Part shown: one piece after another, positions 19,361 through 30,240 of the stretch
How the letters are laid out: each line of letters begins with the position of its first letter
How positions within the stretch are numbered: the stretch's first letter is position 1
Assembly: GCA_034670305.1 (NCBI GenBank)
Contig: JAXMNT010000024.1
Location: forward strand, 32,001 to 96,000
Direction: 5' to 3'
Source: Deltaproteobacteria bacterium
GTDB taxonomy: Bacteria > Myxococcota_A > Polyangia > Polyangiales > Houyiibacteriaceae
Length of the DNA stretch: 64,000 nt
Translations under genes and position numbers: made by a program
The notes under the pieces: model-generated
Seen by the model: the letters and a program-made list of their open reading frames with translations, nothing else
What the model was told of the DNA's origin: nothing
The model's database searches: none

Positions 19361-20149
19361 TTACCGGCCGTGGAACTCCGGGGTGCGCTTCTCCAGCAGG
19401 GCCGCCATGCCTTCCTTCGCGTCGTCCGTGGCGAGCGTCTCGGCCTGAAACCCTGCTTCGATCCGAGCGGCTGCGGCCGGATCCCAGTCGAGGCCATCGT
19501 AGAGCGTCTTCTTGATGAGCCGCACCGCCAGCGGGGCATTGGCGGCGATGGTGGCGGCCAGTGCGCGCGTGTGCGGCAGGACCTCGGCCGCGGGGAGGGC
19601 GCGGCTCACGAGGCCCATCGCCGCCGCTTCGGTGCCACTCACCAAGGCGCCGGTGAAGAGCATCTCGGCCGCCCGGGAGACCCCCACCAGCCGAGGCAAG
19701 ATGTAGCTGATCGCCATCCCGGAGCTCAGACCGAGCCGGGCGAAGTTCGCGCCGTACTTCGAGTCTGCGGCGGCGATGCGGACGTCGCACATCAGGGAGA
19801 GCCCGAAGCCGCCGCCGACCGCGTGCCCGTTGAGGGCGCCGAGCACGGGCACCTCGAGGGTCCGCAGACTCAGGAACGGGGCGTACATGGCGAAACTGCG
19901 CTCGTGGGGCAGACCGGCGCTGTCGAGCTGGACGACGGACTTGAAGTCGGCCCCGGCGCTGAAGCAGTGTCCTTCGCCGCGCACGACGAGACACCGCAGG
20001 CCCGGGTCGGCCTTGGCCGCCGTCACCGCCTCGCCGAAGGCTTCGAGCAGCTCCGGGGTCATCGAGTTGCGGTTGTCGGGGCGGTCGAGGACGATCTCGC
20101 CCACGTGGGGATCGGCCCCGGGTTCGTAGCGAACGGCCGGCGTGTGCAT
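19361..20149 (-). CDS. Enoyl-CoA hydratase/isomerase family protein
   Basis: LDRPDNRNSM, FSAGAD, NGHAVGGG, DAKEGMAALLEKRTPEF. Confidence 0.92.
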   Translation of the reverse strand: MHTPAVRYEPGADPHVGEIVLDRPDNRNSMTPELLEAFGEAVTAAKADPGLRCLVVRGEGHCFSAGADFKSVVQLDSAGLPHERSFAMYAPFLSLRTLEVPVLGALNGHAVGGGFGLSLMCDVRIAAADSKYGANFARLGLSSGMAISYILPRLVGVSRAAEMLFTGALVSGTEAAAMGLVSRALPAAEVLPHTRALAATIAANAPLAVRLIKKTLYDGLDWDPAAAARIEAGFQAETLATDDAKEGMAALLEKRTPEFHGR

Positions 20150-20353
20150 GGTGCGGGTATGGCACAAAGGTCCACGGTTGGCTGCCGGGTCGCTGTCTTC
20201 GCGAGGTCGCGGGGAGGGTGACGAAAGTCACGCGCGAATGGTCTGCCGCGACGCGTGAGCGAGCGGGGCACGAGTGCTTGCTCGGTCGGTCCGGTACGAT
20301 AGGGTGTGGGCGTATGTCGGACTGGGGGGTTCTCCTCGTCTGACCCGAGGAGA

Positions 20354-22432
20354 ATGATGATTCGTTGGCTTGTCGAGCGCCGGTCCTACCCGGTGCAAGC
20401 ACTCTTGGTCTGTCTTGCCTCTGTCGTTGGATGTGGGGACGATTCCGCGCCCACCCGCGACGCCGGGACCGACGCGCCGTTGATTCCGGACGCGCCCATG
20501 ATGCGGGACGGTGGTCCCAGGTGCGAGAGCGAAGCCGAGTGCGACGACCGGGTGATGTGCACCCGTGACCTGTGCATCGACGGGACCTGCCGGAACGTCG
20601 TCGACAACACCAACTGTGCCGACGAGCTCTTCTGCAACGGCGTCGAGATCTGCGACCCCATCCGCGGCTGTATGCCGGGACCGCTCGAGACGTGCAGCGA
20701 TGGAAACGTCTGCACCATCGACCGGTGCGACGAAGAAGCCAAGGTCTGCCAGTACGGCCCACGGGACTTCGACGAAGACGGGGAAGCCGACTTCTTCTGC
20801 GAAGGCGGCACCGACTGCGACGACCGCGATCCGACGCGTGGGTCGCTCGTGGCGGAGGTCTGCGACGACGGCGTCGACAACGACTGCGACGAGCTGACCG
20901 ACGAAGCCACCTGTGGCCGGCCGCGTTACGACACCTGCGACGACGCGCTCGACGTGAGCGCGGGCGGTTTCTTCGAACTCGACTCCACCGGCGCGACGCC
21001 GGACTACGAGCTCGACTGCGCGCCGCGCGGCCGCCGCGACATGGTCCTGACGTTCACGCTCACCGAATCCCAGAACGTCACCGTCACCGCGGAGGGACGT
21101 TCGACGACCTACATCGGGCTGCGCACCACCTGCGACGACAGCGACACCGAGACCGAGTGCGCGGGTGGGTTCCCCGGTCAGATGGCGGCCCGTGCCCTCG
21201 AGCCGGGCACCTACTTCCTGATCGTGGCCGACATCGGCGGCGACCTCGCGATCGACGTGGAGTTCTCTGAACCCACGCCGCCTCCGGCCAACGAGACCTG
21301 CGACATGCCCATGGACGTGAGCGCGGGCGGCTCCTTCCCCAGCACCTTCATCGACGTCAACGACGACGAGATGACCAGCTGTGGCTCCACCCGGGCGCCG
21401 GACCTCACCTACAGCTTCACCCTCACCGAGACCCGCGACGTGACCGTGTCGGCCATCGGCGAAGGTCCAGACAACATCGCGATCGGCGTGTACACGACGT
21501 GCGGCGAAGCCGGGTCCGAGCTCCGATGCGCACGCGGTGCGCCTTCGTCGGCGCACCTCTACTCCCTTGCGGCGGGCACGTACTTCATCGTGGCCGAGGG
21601 GTCGGCCGCCCGAGAGGCGAACTTCACGCTCGACGTGGTCTTCGGAGCGCCCACGCTCCCGCCGCCCGGCGACCAATGCAGCAACGCGATTCCACTCGTG
21701 GCCGGGGTCGAGGCGACCGGTACGCTGGCAGGGTTCCAGGACGACGAAGCGATCTCCTGCGGGTTCTTCTTCCGCGACGCGATTTACAGCTTCGAACTGA
21801 CCGAAGCGAGCGACGTATTCGTCGACTTCGATGCAGGCGGCTTCGGGTACATGAGCGTCCGCTCGGACTGCGACGACATCGCGAGTGAGACCCGCTGCTC
21901 GACCGGCAACCCGACCCGGACTCGGCTCCGCAACCTGGCGCCGGGCACCTACTTCATCATCGTCGAGGCGACCTCGGGCACGGGTTACAGCTTGAACCTG
22001 ACGACCCAGTCGCCCCCGTCCGTACCGACCCCGGTCACGGGCAACGACGTGTGTGGCTCGGCGCACGTGATCCCGCCCACCGGCGGGCTCTACAGTGGGA
22101 GCACGGTGCCTGCGCTCAACGACCTGAGCACCCGGCTCTGTGGGAGCAACGCGACCTCGCGCGACGTGATGTTCGAGCTCACGCTCACCGAGCGCAAGAG
22201 CGTCTTCGCGACGCTCGACGGCAGCTCGTACGACACGGTGCTCCATCTGCACCGCACCTCGTGCGTGGACCGTGGCGAGATCGCTTGCAACGACGACATG
22301 GGCGGTGGTTCCTCCACCAGCGCCCTCGACCGGGAGCTCGATCCGGGGACCTACTATTACGTGGTCGATGGATTCGGGTCGGCTTCCGCCGGCGATTACA
22401 TCTTCGAGGTGATCGTCTCCGATCCCGAGTAG
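20354..22432 (+). CDS. Large Cys-rich lipoprotein: CDDxxxCTxDxC repeats, DCDD..EVCDDGVDNDCD metal-binding motif, four PPC-like beta-sandwich repeats
   Basis: Lipobox-like ASVVGC; four ~120-aa repeats with xD/ETC..D(MVL/LTY/AIY/VMF)xFxL..LxPGTY(F/Y); GAGGAG RBS. Confidence 0.85.
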   Translation: MMIRWLVERRSYPVQALLVCLASVVGCGDDSAPTRDAGTDAPLIPDAPMMRDGGPRCESEAECDDRVMCTRDLCIDGTCRNVVDNTNCADELFCNGVEICDPIRGCMPGPLETCSDGNVCTIDRCDEEAKVCQYGPRDFDEDGEADFFCEGGTDCDDRDPTRGSLVAEVCDDGVDNDCDELTDEATCGRPRYDTCDDALDVSAGGFFELDSTGATPDYELDCAPRGRRDMVLTFTLTESQNVTVTAEGRSTTYIGLRTTCDDSDTETECAGGFPGQMAARALEPGTYFLIVADIGGDLAIDVEFSEPTPPPANETCDMPMDVSAGGSFPSTFIDVNDDEMTSCGSTRAPDLTYSFTLTETRDVTVSAIGEGPDNIAIGVYTTCGEAGSELRCARGAPSSAHLYSLAAGTYFIVAEGSAAREANFTLDVVFGAPTLPPPGDQCSNAIPLVAGVEATGTLAGFQDDEAISCGFFFRDAIYSFELTEASDVFVDFDAGGFGYMSVRSDCDDIASETRCSTGNPTRTRLRNLAPGTYFIIVEATSGTGYSLNLTTQSPPSVPTPVTGNDVCGSAHVIPPTGGLYSGSTVPALNDLSTRLCGSNATSRDVMFELTLTERKSVFATLDGSSYDTVLHLHRTSCVDRGEIACNDDMGGGSSTSALDRELDPGTYYYVVDGFGSASAGDYIFEVIVSDPE

Positions 22433-22436
22433 CACC

Positions 22437-24596
22437 ATGACCTTTTCCCGCTCCGCACTCCTTCTCCTCTTCTTGGTCGGCTGCACCACCGGCGGACCGC
22501 GACCCCTCCCGATGGAAGGGTTCGATGGCGATGTCGAGTTCGACGCGGGTCCCGTGGATGCGCCCGACGCAGGCCCGCTGGAATGTTCGGCGGGTTCGAC
22601 GGTCGGGGACGACTGCGCCAGCGACCCGCAGTGCTCGGATGGGTGCTTCTGCAATGGCATCGAAGCGTGCTCGGACGAGGGGGTCTGCGTCGCGGGCACG
22701 CCGGTGGTGTGCGACGACGAGATCGATTGCACCATGGACGCGTGCGACGAGATGGCGGACCGCTGCACCCAGGTGGCGATGGACGAGCTGTGCCAGGACG
22801 ACGACGCGTGCAACGGCCTCGAAGTCTGCGACACCTCGCTCGGATGCCGGACCACCTCGCCGCTCTACTGCAACGACGAGAACTCTTGCACGGTCGACTC
22901 ATGCGACACGGAGATGGGCTGTCTGTACAACCCGCGTGACCTCGACGGGGACGGCTTCACCGACGGCCGCTGCGGCGGCGACGACTGCGACGACGACCCC
23001 CGCTTCGGCACGATGATCTACCCCGGCGCACCGGAAGACTGCATGAACCGCCGCGACGACAACTGCGACGGGTTCCGCGACTTCAACGACCCCACCTGCC
23101 TGCCGATGAACGGTACCTGTGCGGCGGCCCAGCCGCTCGACGGGCCGGGCACGTACTCCGGCTCCACCCGCGGGCTGACCGACGACGTCGACCTCTCTTG
23201 CAAGACGAGCGGCCCCGATGCGTTCTTCACGTTCACGCTCCCCGAGACCATGGACGTTCGGGTGACCGTCAGCGGCGCCTCCGGAACCGCCGTCTCGATC
23301 CGGCGCGCCGCGGTCTGCGCCGCCGGTCCCGACATCGGATGCAACGACTTCAGCCCGCCCACGCTGCTCCGCCGAAGCATGGCGGCCGGCGACTACGTCA
23401 TCGTGGTGAAACAGTCTTCGGGGTCCACCTTCGACCTCACGCTCAACTTCGAGCCGCCCACGGTCATCCCCCCGGTGGACACGTGTGGTGCCGGCACCGT
23501 GGATGTGTCGGCCGGTGGCACGTTCGAGGGCATGTTCGGTGAAGTCGAGGACGACTACCGCCTCAACTGCAACGGCAACAGCCGGCGGGACGCGGCCTAC
23601 ACGTTCACCATCGACGAGCCCAAGGACGTCGTGCTTCGGGCCTCGAGCACCGCGCCGAGCTTCAACACGACCTACATCTCGCTCGTGACCGACTGCGACG
23701 ACTCCGACAGCACCATCGCGTGCCGCTCGAGCTCCGGCACCGCCGAAGTCAGCGTTCGGGACCTGCCGCCCGGCACCTACTGGGTACTCATCGAGGACAG
23801 CCACGCATCGGCCGGCACCTGGTTGCTCGATGTCTCGATCATGGACCCAGCACCCCGGTCTCCAGGAGACACGTGCTCGTCGGTCATCGACATCACCAGC
23901 AGCACCGGGACCGCCGCTTGGTCGACCGCGGCGCTCGATGTCGGCGCTTCGTGCGGCACCTCGTTCTCACCGCGGGACGTCATCTTCACCTTCACGCTCG
24001 ACACGCCGCGCGACGTGGAGCTCACCACGACCTCGAGCAGCTCCCACTGGACCGCTTTGCATGAGGAGTGCGGTCGGCCGTCCACCGAGCGCCGCTGTCG
24101 CAACGGCGGCACGACCCTGACGCAGAACTTCCGAAGCCTCGAGGCCGGCACCTACTTTGTCATCGTGCACTCGAGCTCCAGCTCCGGGAACGCGACCGCA
24201 CGCATCGTGACCAGCCCGCCGACCCCGATCCCGCCGAACGACCGCTGCTCCGGTGCGATCCCGATCGTGGGCAGCCGCGTGGCGACCGACACGCTCGTGG
24301 ACTTCGAAGACGACTTGAACATGGGCTGCGGCGGCTCCAACCCCGACGCCTTCTACGAGATCACGGTCGCCACCCGCACGGGCATCACCGCGACGGTCGA
24401 GCCCGTGGCCGGCTTCACCCACAGCCACAACCTATCGCTCCGCAGCAGCTGCACCTCGGTTGCGCTCGAGTGTCACACCGGCCGCCCCGCCGTGATCGAC
24501 ACGGTCCTGGACCCCGGCACGTACTACCTGGTGGTCGAAGCGTCCCCGTTCTCGGCCTCCGACTACAACATCCGAGTCTTCACCTACATCCCGTAG
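22437..24596 (+). CDS. Tandem paralogue of the preceding Cys-rich PPC-like repeat lipoprotein
   Basis: Lipobox LFLVGC; same architecture; starts 4 bp after the previous stop. Confidence 0.85.
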   Translation: MTFSRSALLLLFLVGCTTGGPRPLPMEGFDGDVEFDAGPVDAPDAGPLECSAGSTVGDDCASDPQCSDGCFCNGIEACSDEGVCVAGTPVVCDDEIDCTMDACDEMADRCTQVAMDELCQDDDACNGLEVCDTSLGCRTTSPLYCNDENSCTVDSCDTEMGCLYNPRDLDGDGFTDGRCGGDDCDDDPRFGTMIYPGAPEDCMNRRDDNCDGFRDFNDPTCLPMNGTCAAAQPLDGPGTYSGSTRGLTDDVDLSCKTSGPDAFFTFTLPETMDVRVTVSGASGTAVSIRRAAVCAAGPDIGCNDFSPPTLLRRSMAAGDYVIVVKQSSGSTFDLTLNFEPPTVIPPVDTCGAGTVDVSAGGTFEGMFGEVEDDYRLNCNGNSRRDAAYTFTIDEPKDVVLRASSTAPSFNTTYISLVTDCDDSDSTIACRSSSGTAEVSVRDLPPGTYWVLIEDSHASAGTWLLDVSIMDPAPRSPGDTCSSVIDITSSTGTAAWSTAALDVGASCGTSFSPRDVIFTFTLDTPRDVELTTTSSSSHWTALHEECGRPSTERRCRNGGTTLTQNFRSLEAGTYFVIVHSSSSSGNATARIVTSPPTPIPPNDRCSGAIPIVGSRVATDTLVDFEDDLNMGCGGSNPDAFYEITVATRTGITATVEPVAGFTHSHNLSLRSSCTSVALECHTGRPAVIDTVLDPGTYYLVVEASPFSASDYNIRVFTYIP

Positions 24597-24613
24597 CGCG
24601 AGCGCAAGCAAGC

Positions 24614-24712
24614 GCCCCTTGCCCATGCCCGTGCCCATGCCCTTGCCCGTGTCCGGGCGACCAGGCAGCGGCATCGGCTTTGCCATCGGGATCGCCATCG
24701 GCATCGGCATCG
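24614..24712. repeat. Short hexamer array C: (GCCCNT)n then (GGCATC)n
   Basis: Reverse-complement arrangement of array B. Confidence 0.75.
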
Positions 24713-24917
24713 ACTGCGCCGGCCGTGGGAGGCGCCGCCTGGCGCGTCCGACCCCGCGGCCGCAGGCCGCGACGCGGACCGGCGCAGCGCCGGTCTGCTT
24801 TGTCGTTTTTTGGACCCTCGCGACCCACTCCTATATCGCTGAGGCATGGCGACGGATGGAAAGGTGGTTCGACCGTTTGCGTTCTTTCGAGCGGGAGCTC
24901 GTTCGGAAGGAGCGCGG

Positions 24918-25679
24918 GTGGAACGACCGGTTCTGGTGTTCGAGGAGGTCTACAAATACTTCCGACGGGACCAGCCCACGCTGAGAGGGATCAACCTCAC
25001 GATTGAACGGGGAGAGTTCTGTTTCGTCACCGGTCCAAGCGGGGCGGGGAAGAGCACTCTTCTGCAGTTGGTCTACCGGAAACACACGGTGGATGCGGGC
25101 CGCATCCTGTTCTGCGGGCGAGACATCGCGCGTCTCAGAGACGATTCGATTCCGTTCTTGCGGCGCAACCTCGGCATCGTGTTTCAGGACTTCAAGATCG
25201 TGAAGCACTGGTCGGTGTTCGAGAACGTCGCGGTGGCGCTGGAGATCCTCGACATGCCGCAGCGGCTCATCCGCGCGCGTGTGTCGGAGGCGCTCGAGCG
25301 GGTGGGGCTTGCAGGGCGCGGTCGGGATCGCACCGAGAACCTCTCTGGCGGCGAGCAGCAGCGGGTGGCGGTGGCACGGGCCATCGTGACCGAGCCTGCG
25401 TTGATCCTCGCCGACGAACCGACCGGCAACCTGGATCCCCATCTGGCGATCGACATCCTGACCCTGTTCGAAGAGATCAACGAGACGGGCACCACGGTGC
25501 TCTTTGCAACCCACGACCACTCGCTCATGGCGAAACGGGATCACCGCATCATCGGATTGGACGACGGACGGGTGCTCGAAGCACGACGTGGTCTGAGCAG
25601 TTGGGGCGGCGACGGCGCATCGGACATCGATGTGGCCGAACCCAGGGGTCTACACGCCGTGCCTGGCTCGGCTGGCTGA
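24918..25679 (+). CDS. ftsE: Cell division ABC ATPase FtsE
   Basis: GPSGAGKST, IPFLRRNLGIVFQDFK, LSGGEQQRVAVARA, LADEPTGNLD; AAGGAG RBS. Confidence 0.92.
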   Translation: MERPVLVFEEVYKYFRRDQPTLRGINLTIERGEFCFVTGPSGAGKSTLLQLVYRKHTVDAGRILFCGRDIARLRDDSIPFLRRNLGIVFQDFKIVKHWSVFENVAVALEILDMPQRLIRARVSEALERVGLAGRGRDRTENLSGGEQQRVAVARAIVTEPALILADEPTGNLDPHLAIDILTLFEEINETGTTVLFATHDHSLMAKRDHRIIGLDDGRVLEARRGLSSWGGDGASDIDVAEPRGLHAVPGSAG

Positions 25680-25689
25680 CGAGGAAATC

Positions 25690-26571
25690 ATGGACTGGAA
25701 GTCGACCTGGGCGAGGGCACGACGTGGCGTACGGGAGGAGTTTCGGCTCTACCTGGTGGCCGTCTCGAGTTTGAGTGTGGCGTTCGTGTGTGTGGGGGGC
25801 GCGCTCTTGGCGGTGACCAACCTCGATGCGATGGCCGAACGGTGGGGACGCAGCGGCAAGGTCAGCGTGTACCTGCACGATGGGGCCGAGCGCGACGATG
25901 TCTCGCAGATCCAAACCGTGCTCGAGGCGCTCCCCGAAGTGCTCGAGGTCGAGCTCCTCAGCTCGGCCGAAGCGCGGACGCGGTTTCTGGAGCAGTCGGA
26001 AGTGGGCGGTGACCTCACGGCACTCCCGGCCGAGATCTTCCCTGCGTCATTGGAAGTCCAGCTCGCGCCCGGCACCCCGCGCGCCCGCGTCCAAGAGATC
26101 GGGGAGCGCGTTGCCGGTCTCGGCGCAGTGGACGATGTCGAGACGTACGCCGGCTTCTTCACCCGGCTCGAAGGTCTGCTCTCGGCCGGCCGGGGACTCG
26201 CGGGTGCACTCGCACTGCTCGTCGGGCTCTGCGTGCTCGCGGTCATCGGCAACACCATCCGCCTCGCGGTCGCGCGGCGGAAGGACGAGATCGAAGTGAT
26301 GAAGCTTTGCGGCGCCACCGACACCTTCGTACGTCGGCCGTTCGTGGTGGAGGGCACGCTGCAAGGCGCACTCTCGGCGGGACTCGCGCTCGTCGTGCTC
26401 TTCGCAGGGTTTCTGGTTCTGCGTGGCCACCTCGACGCGAGTGTCGGCGCGCTCGCCGGCATCAACGCCACCTTCCTTCATCCGGCCATCGTCGCCGCGC
26501 TCTTCTTCGGCGGCGGACTCATCGGCGCGCTCGGCAGCGCGTTCTCCCTCAAGCGCTACCTGGCCGTCTGA
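25690..26571 (+). CDS. ftsX: Cell division permease FtsX
   Basis: VIGNTIRLAVARRKDEIEVMKLCGATDTFVRRPFVVEG; four-TM layout. Confidence 0.92.
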   Translation: MDWKSTWARARRGVREEFRLYLVAVSSLSVAFVCVGGALLAVTNLDAMAERWGRSGKVSVYLHDGAERDDVSQIQTVLEALPEVLEVELLSSAEARTRFLEQSEVGGDLTALPAEIFPASLEVQLAPGTPRARVQEIGERVAGLGAVDDVETYAGFFTRLEGLLSAGRGLAGALALLVGLCVLAVIGNTIRLAVARRKDEIEVMKLCGATDTFVRRPFVVEGTLQGALSAGLALVVLFAGFLVLRGHLDASVGALAGINATFLHPAIVAALFFGGGLIGALGSAFSLKRYLAV

Positions 26572-27689
26572 TGCGACTGCGACGTCTCCGGTTCCTCGTC
26601 ATCGCGTTGCTCGCTGGGCTGGCTGCCACGCTGCCCGGTTCGGCGCAGCCGGCTTACCCACTCTCCGCCGGCATTCCGCTGGCGCCGACCCAGTTCGCCC
26701 AGCCCCAGGGCCAGGCCTATGGGCCGTACGGACAGCCAGGCCCCGGTGCGCCCAGCACCGGTGCGGCACCAGGGTCGCCGCTCGCTCAGATCGAAGGGCA
26801 GCTCGCGGTGTTGACCGCAACGGAAGCCGAACTCGAGACGAGCGGCCACGAGATCACCGTCGAGCTCGAGCAACTCTCCGAGCGACGCGCGGCTGCGACA
26901 CGATCGCTTCGCACCCGCGCCCGGGCGCTCTACCGCATCGAACGGGCCGGCATGCTGCCGCTGAGCGGCGGGTTCGACGCGATGCTCGGCCACCTCTCGC
27001 GGCTCGAGCGCCTGCGGCGCGTGGTCCGGTCCGACATGGCCGCGCTCCAGTTCTTGCGTCAGCGGGCGCGCGCACTTCGCAGCGATGCCGAGCGGATCCA
27101 CGAACGCAGCGCCGATCTCGGCGTCGAGCGCGCCGGTCTCGAGCAGCGCGCCGCCGAGCTGCGCGAACAGTCGCGCATCCAGCAGAACTACGCGGGCGCA
27201 TTCGACCCGCGTCTGTTGCCGCCGCTCCCGATGATGCAGCCGCAGGCCGCGCCTCGGCCGCAACCGAGCGGCCCGGTGTACGGACAGATCCGGCTCAGCG
27301 ACACGCCGCGGCCCGAGGTCTCTGCCCGCGGCTTCGCGACGCTCCGCGGCGAGCTCCCGCTCCCGGTCGCAGCGGGCGGCAACGTGCGTCCGGGCACCCG
27401 CGACGGAGCCCAGGTGCTCGAGTTCCAGCCGCCGCGCGGCAGCTCCGCGATGGCCGTGGCCGATGGCCGGGTCGCGTTCGCGGACCGCTACCGAAGCTAC
27501 GGCATGCTCGTCATCCTCGATCACGGCGGCGGCTACTACACGCTCTACGGTGGGCTCGACTCGGCGGCCGTGCAGAATGGCGAGTGGGTGGGCCGCGGCG
27601 CCCGCGTCGGCCGCGTGGGCGCGACCCTCGCGTTCGAAGTCCGGCGCGGCACCCGCGCACTCGACCCCTCCGCCTGGCTCGGCCTCTAG
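26571..27689 (+). CDS. envC: EnvC-like murein hydrolase activator (coiled coil plus degenerate M23/LytM domain)
   Basis: Signal peptide, coiled coil, AVADGRVAFAD..YGMLVILDHGGGYYTLY, LAFEVR; Zn ligands absent; follows ftsEX. Confidence 0.8.
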   Translation: MRLRRLRFLVIALLAGLAATLPGSAQPAYPLSAGIPLAPTQFAQPQGQAYGPYGQPGPGAPSTGAAPGSPLAQIEGQLAVLTATEAELETSGHEITVELEQLSERRAAATRSLRTRARALYRIERAGMLPLSGGFDAMLGHLSRLERLRRVVRSDMAALQFLRQRARALRSDAERIHERSADLGVERAGLEQRAAELREQSRIQQNYAGAFDPRLLPPLPMMQPQAAPRPQPSGPVYGQIRLSDTPRPEVSARGFATLRGELPLPVAAGGNVRPGTRDGAQVLEFQPPRGSSAMAVADGRVAFADRYRSYGMLVILDHGGGYYTLYGGLDSAAVQNGEWVGRGARVGRVGATLAFEVRRGTRALDPSAWLGL

Positions 27690-27782
27690 CAGCAGCTGTA
27701 TTCCGCGAGGTGGGATGGCGTGAACGCTTCCTACGCCGCTGGTCTCGCACACGAACGGCCGCCCGCAGCAGGACGAATTAGA

Positions 27783-27816
27783 GAATCCGCCCCGCACGAG
27801 TGCGTGGGGCGGATTC
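27783..27816. terminator. Hairpin between convergent genes (probable terminator)
   Basis: GAATCCGCCCC...GGGGCGGATTC 11-bp stem; no clear U-tract. Confidence 0.6.
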
Positions 27817-27836
27817 GTTGGTGCTGGGTTCGGGCT

Positions 27837-28220
27837 TTACTGGAACATGCCGTATTCGGACTGGAGGTGTGCGAGCACGTTCTCCAGGTCCGCGTCGCTG
27901 AGCTGGTCGGCGCTGAACGCGGGCATGCGGTCTTCACCGTGCCGCACCAGTTGGCGGATCTCCGCCGCGTCGTCCGTCCGGCCGTGAAGGTCCGGACCGA
28001 CGCCGGGGTGACAGCCCGCGCAGAAGTTCGCGAACACTTCGCCGCCGGCCGCTGCGTCGCCGCTGACCGGACCCTCGTACTGGCTGAGGTCTTCACCGCC
28101 GCCCGAGTGCTCGTGGTGCTCGGGGCCGTCGCCTTCGCCACCGCTGCCGTCGCCACCGCCACAGGCGAGCGCAACCACGCACACCACACCGACCAGGGTC
28201 GCCATCCAGGACGTCTTCAT
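27837..28220 (-). CDS. Monoheme cytochrome c lipoprotein
   Basis: Lipobox VALAC; CAGCH; MPAF axial Met; LSDADLENVLAHL. Confidence 0.88.
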   Translation of the reverse strand: MKTSWMATLVGVVCVVALACGGGDGSGGEGDGPEHHEHSGGGEDLSQYEGPVSGDAAAGGEVFANFCAGCHPGVGPDLHGRTDDAAEIRQLVRHGEDRMPAFSADQLSDADLENVLAHLQSEYGMFQ

Positions 28221-28258
28221 GAATCTGTCTCCGCTCTCTTGTTTCTTGTAGGGCATCG

Positions 28259-30049
28259 TCATGCGGACGGCGCGTCTTCGCGCCCACGCTTGGTGGAGAT
28301 CTGTACCAGCTTTTTGGACTGGATGTGCTGCGCAGCGTCCGGGTCGACGAGGTCGCTGTGACACGAGGCCTTCTTGCCCTCGTCCGCGCCGACCGCGCCG
28401 CGCGTCTTGGTCGCGAGGCGGTGGATTTCATCGGGGGGAAGCACGCCGCGCTGCTCCAGGATCGCCTTCTGCTCGGGTGTGAGCGCGGCCGACTGAACCA
28501 CCTTGAGCCGCTCGAAGTCGGGATCCTTGCCGCTGGCGAACTCGACGATCTCCTTGCTGATGCGTACCGAACACCAGTCGTGCCCGCACATCGCGCAGAA
28601 GTCGGTGTCGACGTCGAGGTCTTCGTCGTGCAGCGCGCGGGCGAACTCCCCATCGAACGCGAGCTCGAAGTGTTTCTCCCAGTTCAGCGCCGCGCGGGCC
28701 CGGGTGAGGTCGTCGTCCCAGTCGCGGGTCTCGGGCACCCCGAGCGCGACGTCGGCGGCGTGGGCCGCGATCTTGTATGCAACGCAGCCCTGTTTGACGT
28801 CGTCGCGCTTCGGTAGACCGACGTGCTCCTTGGGCGTCACGTAGCAGAGCATCGCCGCGCCATGGTACGCCGCCGCGGTCGCGCCGATGCAGCTCGTGAT
28901 GTGGTCGTAGCCGGGGAAGACATCGGTCACGAGCGGTCCGAGCACGTAGAAGGGCGCGCCGTGACAGACGCGGCGCTGCAGCTTCATGTTGAACTCGATC
29001 TGATCGAACGGGACGTGGCCCGGGCCCTCGACCATGACCTGGCAGCCCTTGCGCCAGGCCCGCTCGGTCAGCTCGCCGAGCGTCTGCAGTTCGAGCAACT
29101 GCGCGGTGTCGGTCGCGTCCGCGAGGCCGCCGGGGCGCAGGCCATCGCCCAGCGAGAACGAGACATCGTATGCGCGCATGATGTCGCAGATGTCTTCGAA
29201 GAGCGTGTACGTCGGGTTCTCTTTGCCGTGGGTGATCATCCACTTCGCGAGCAAGGAACCACCGCGCGACACGATGCCGATGAGGCGATCCTTCACGTAC
29301 TTGAGGTGGTCGCGCAGCACGCCGGCGTGAATGGTGAAGTAGTCGACGCCCTGCGCGGCCTGGTGACGCAGCATGTCGAGAATGTCCTGCTCCGAGAGAT
29401 CCTCGATCTTCTTGCCGATGATCATCGAGTAGAGCGGCACGGTGCCGATGGGCACGTTCGAGGCGCGGATGATCGCGTCGCGGCAGGCGTCGAGATCCCC
29501 TCCGGTCGACAGGTCCATCACGGTGTCGGCGCCCCAGCGCTCGGCCCAGTGGAGCTTCTCCACTTCTTCGGTCGTGCCGGAGGACACCGGTGAGGCGCCC
29601 ATGTTCGCGTTGACCTTGGTCTTGCTCGCCCGGCCGATGCACATCGGGTCGAGTTTGTAGCCAAGGTGCACTCGGTTGGCAGGAATGATCATGCGGCCGG
29701 CGGCGACCTCGTCGCGGATCTGCTCGGCGGTCAGGTGCGGCTCGCGTTCGGCGACGCGCTTCATCTCCGGCGTCACGGCGCCGAGTCGCGCGTGCTCGAG
29801 CTGGGTGATCGGTTCGAATCCGGCCGGGGCTTCGGCGAAGCCGTTGGCGCCGCGCGTCCAGCCCTCGGGGAGGAAGTCCCAGGCGGTCTTGGTGCTGGGC
29901 GCCGGCATGCCGGGGGTGTCGGGGGACGAGAACATGAGCGGTCCGCCCACGTCCTTCGGGTTGGCGAACGAACCAGGGGTGGTGCCGGCCTTCGTGGAAG
30001 AAGGGTTGTCGGCGCCGTGCAGGGGCAGGTCGTGTTTCAGCTCGGTCAT
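28259..30049 (-). CDS. thiC: Phosphomethylpyrimidine synthase
   Basis: [44 protein letters not shown]-terminal CAMCGHDWC. Confidence 0.97.
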   Translation of the reverse strand: MTELKHDLPLHGADNPSSTKAGTTPGSFANPKDVGGPLMFSSPDTPGMPAPSTKTAWDFLPEGWTRGANGFAEAPAGFEPITQLEHARLGAVTPEMKRVAEREPHLTAEQIRDEVAAGRMIIPANRVHLGYKLDPMCIGRASKTKVNANMGASPVSSGTTEEVEKLHWAERWGADTVMDLSTGGDLDACRDAIIRASNVPIGTVPLYSMIIGKKIEDLSEQDILDMLRHQAAQGVDYFTIHAGVLRDHLKYVKDRLIGIVSRGGSLLAKWMITHGKENPTYTLFEDICDIMRAYDVSFSLGDGLRPGGLADATDTAQLLELQTLGELTERAWRKGCQVMVEGPGHVPFDQIEFNMKLQRRVCHGAPFYVLGPLVTDVFPGYDHITSCIGATAAAYHGAAMLCYVTPKEHVGLPKRDDVKQGCVAYKIAAHAADVALGVPETRDWDDDLTRARAALNWEKHFELAFDGEFARALHDEDLDVDTDFCAMCGHDWCSVRISKEIVEFASGKDPDFERLKVVQSAALTPEQKAILEQRGVLPPDEIHRLATKTRGAVGADEGKKASCHSDLVDPDAAQHIQSKKLVQISTKRGREDAPSA

Positions 30050-30099
30050 CTCGTCTCCATGTCTCTCTTGAGAATGCAGGAAACGGGTGAGCGGGTGCC

Positions 30100-30182
30100 C
30101 ATCGCGTTCCCTACGCCGGTACAAACCGGATCAGGTTCGACGGGTACGTCTCAGCGCCCCATTGGGCGCGCCCCGCGCGATG
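30100..30182 (-). promoter_or_regulatory. TPP (thi-box) riboswitch
   Basis: Minus strand: CATCGCG-CGGGG...GCTGAGA...ACCCGTCGAACCTGATCCGGTTTGTACCGGCGTAGGGAA-CGCGATG, directly upstream of thiC. Confidence 0.95.
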
Positions 30183-30240
30183 CCTAGGACATAGTGCACG
30201 TGGGCGGCGTTGGGAAGGGCCGCGGCGGGAAAGGTCGGCT

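Noticed and set aside
26571-27689. M23 domain lacking catalytic residues as a pseudogene or novelty
   Set aside because: Expected for EnvC downstream of ftsEX.
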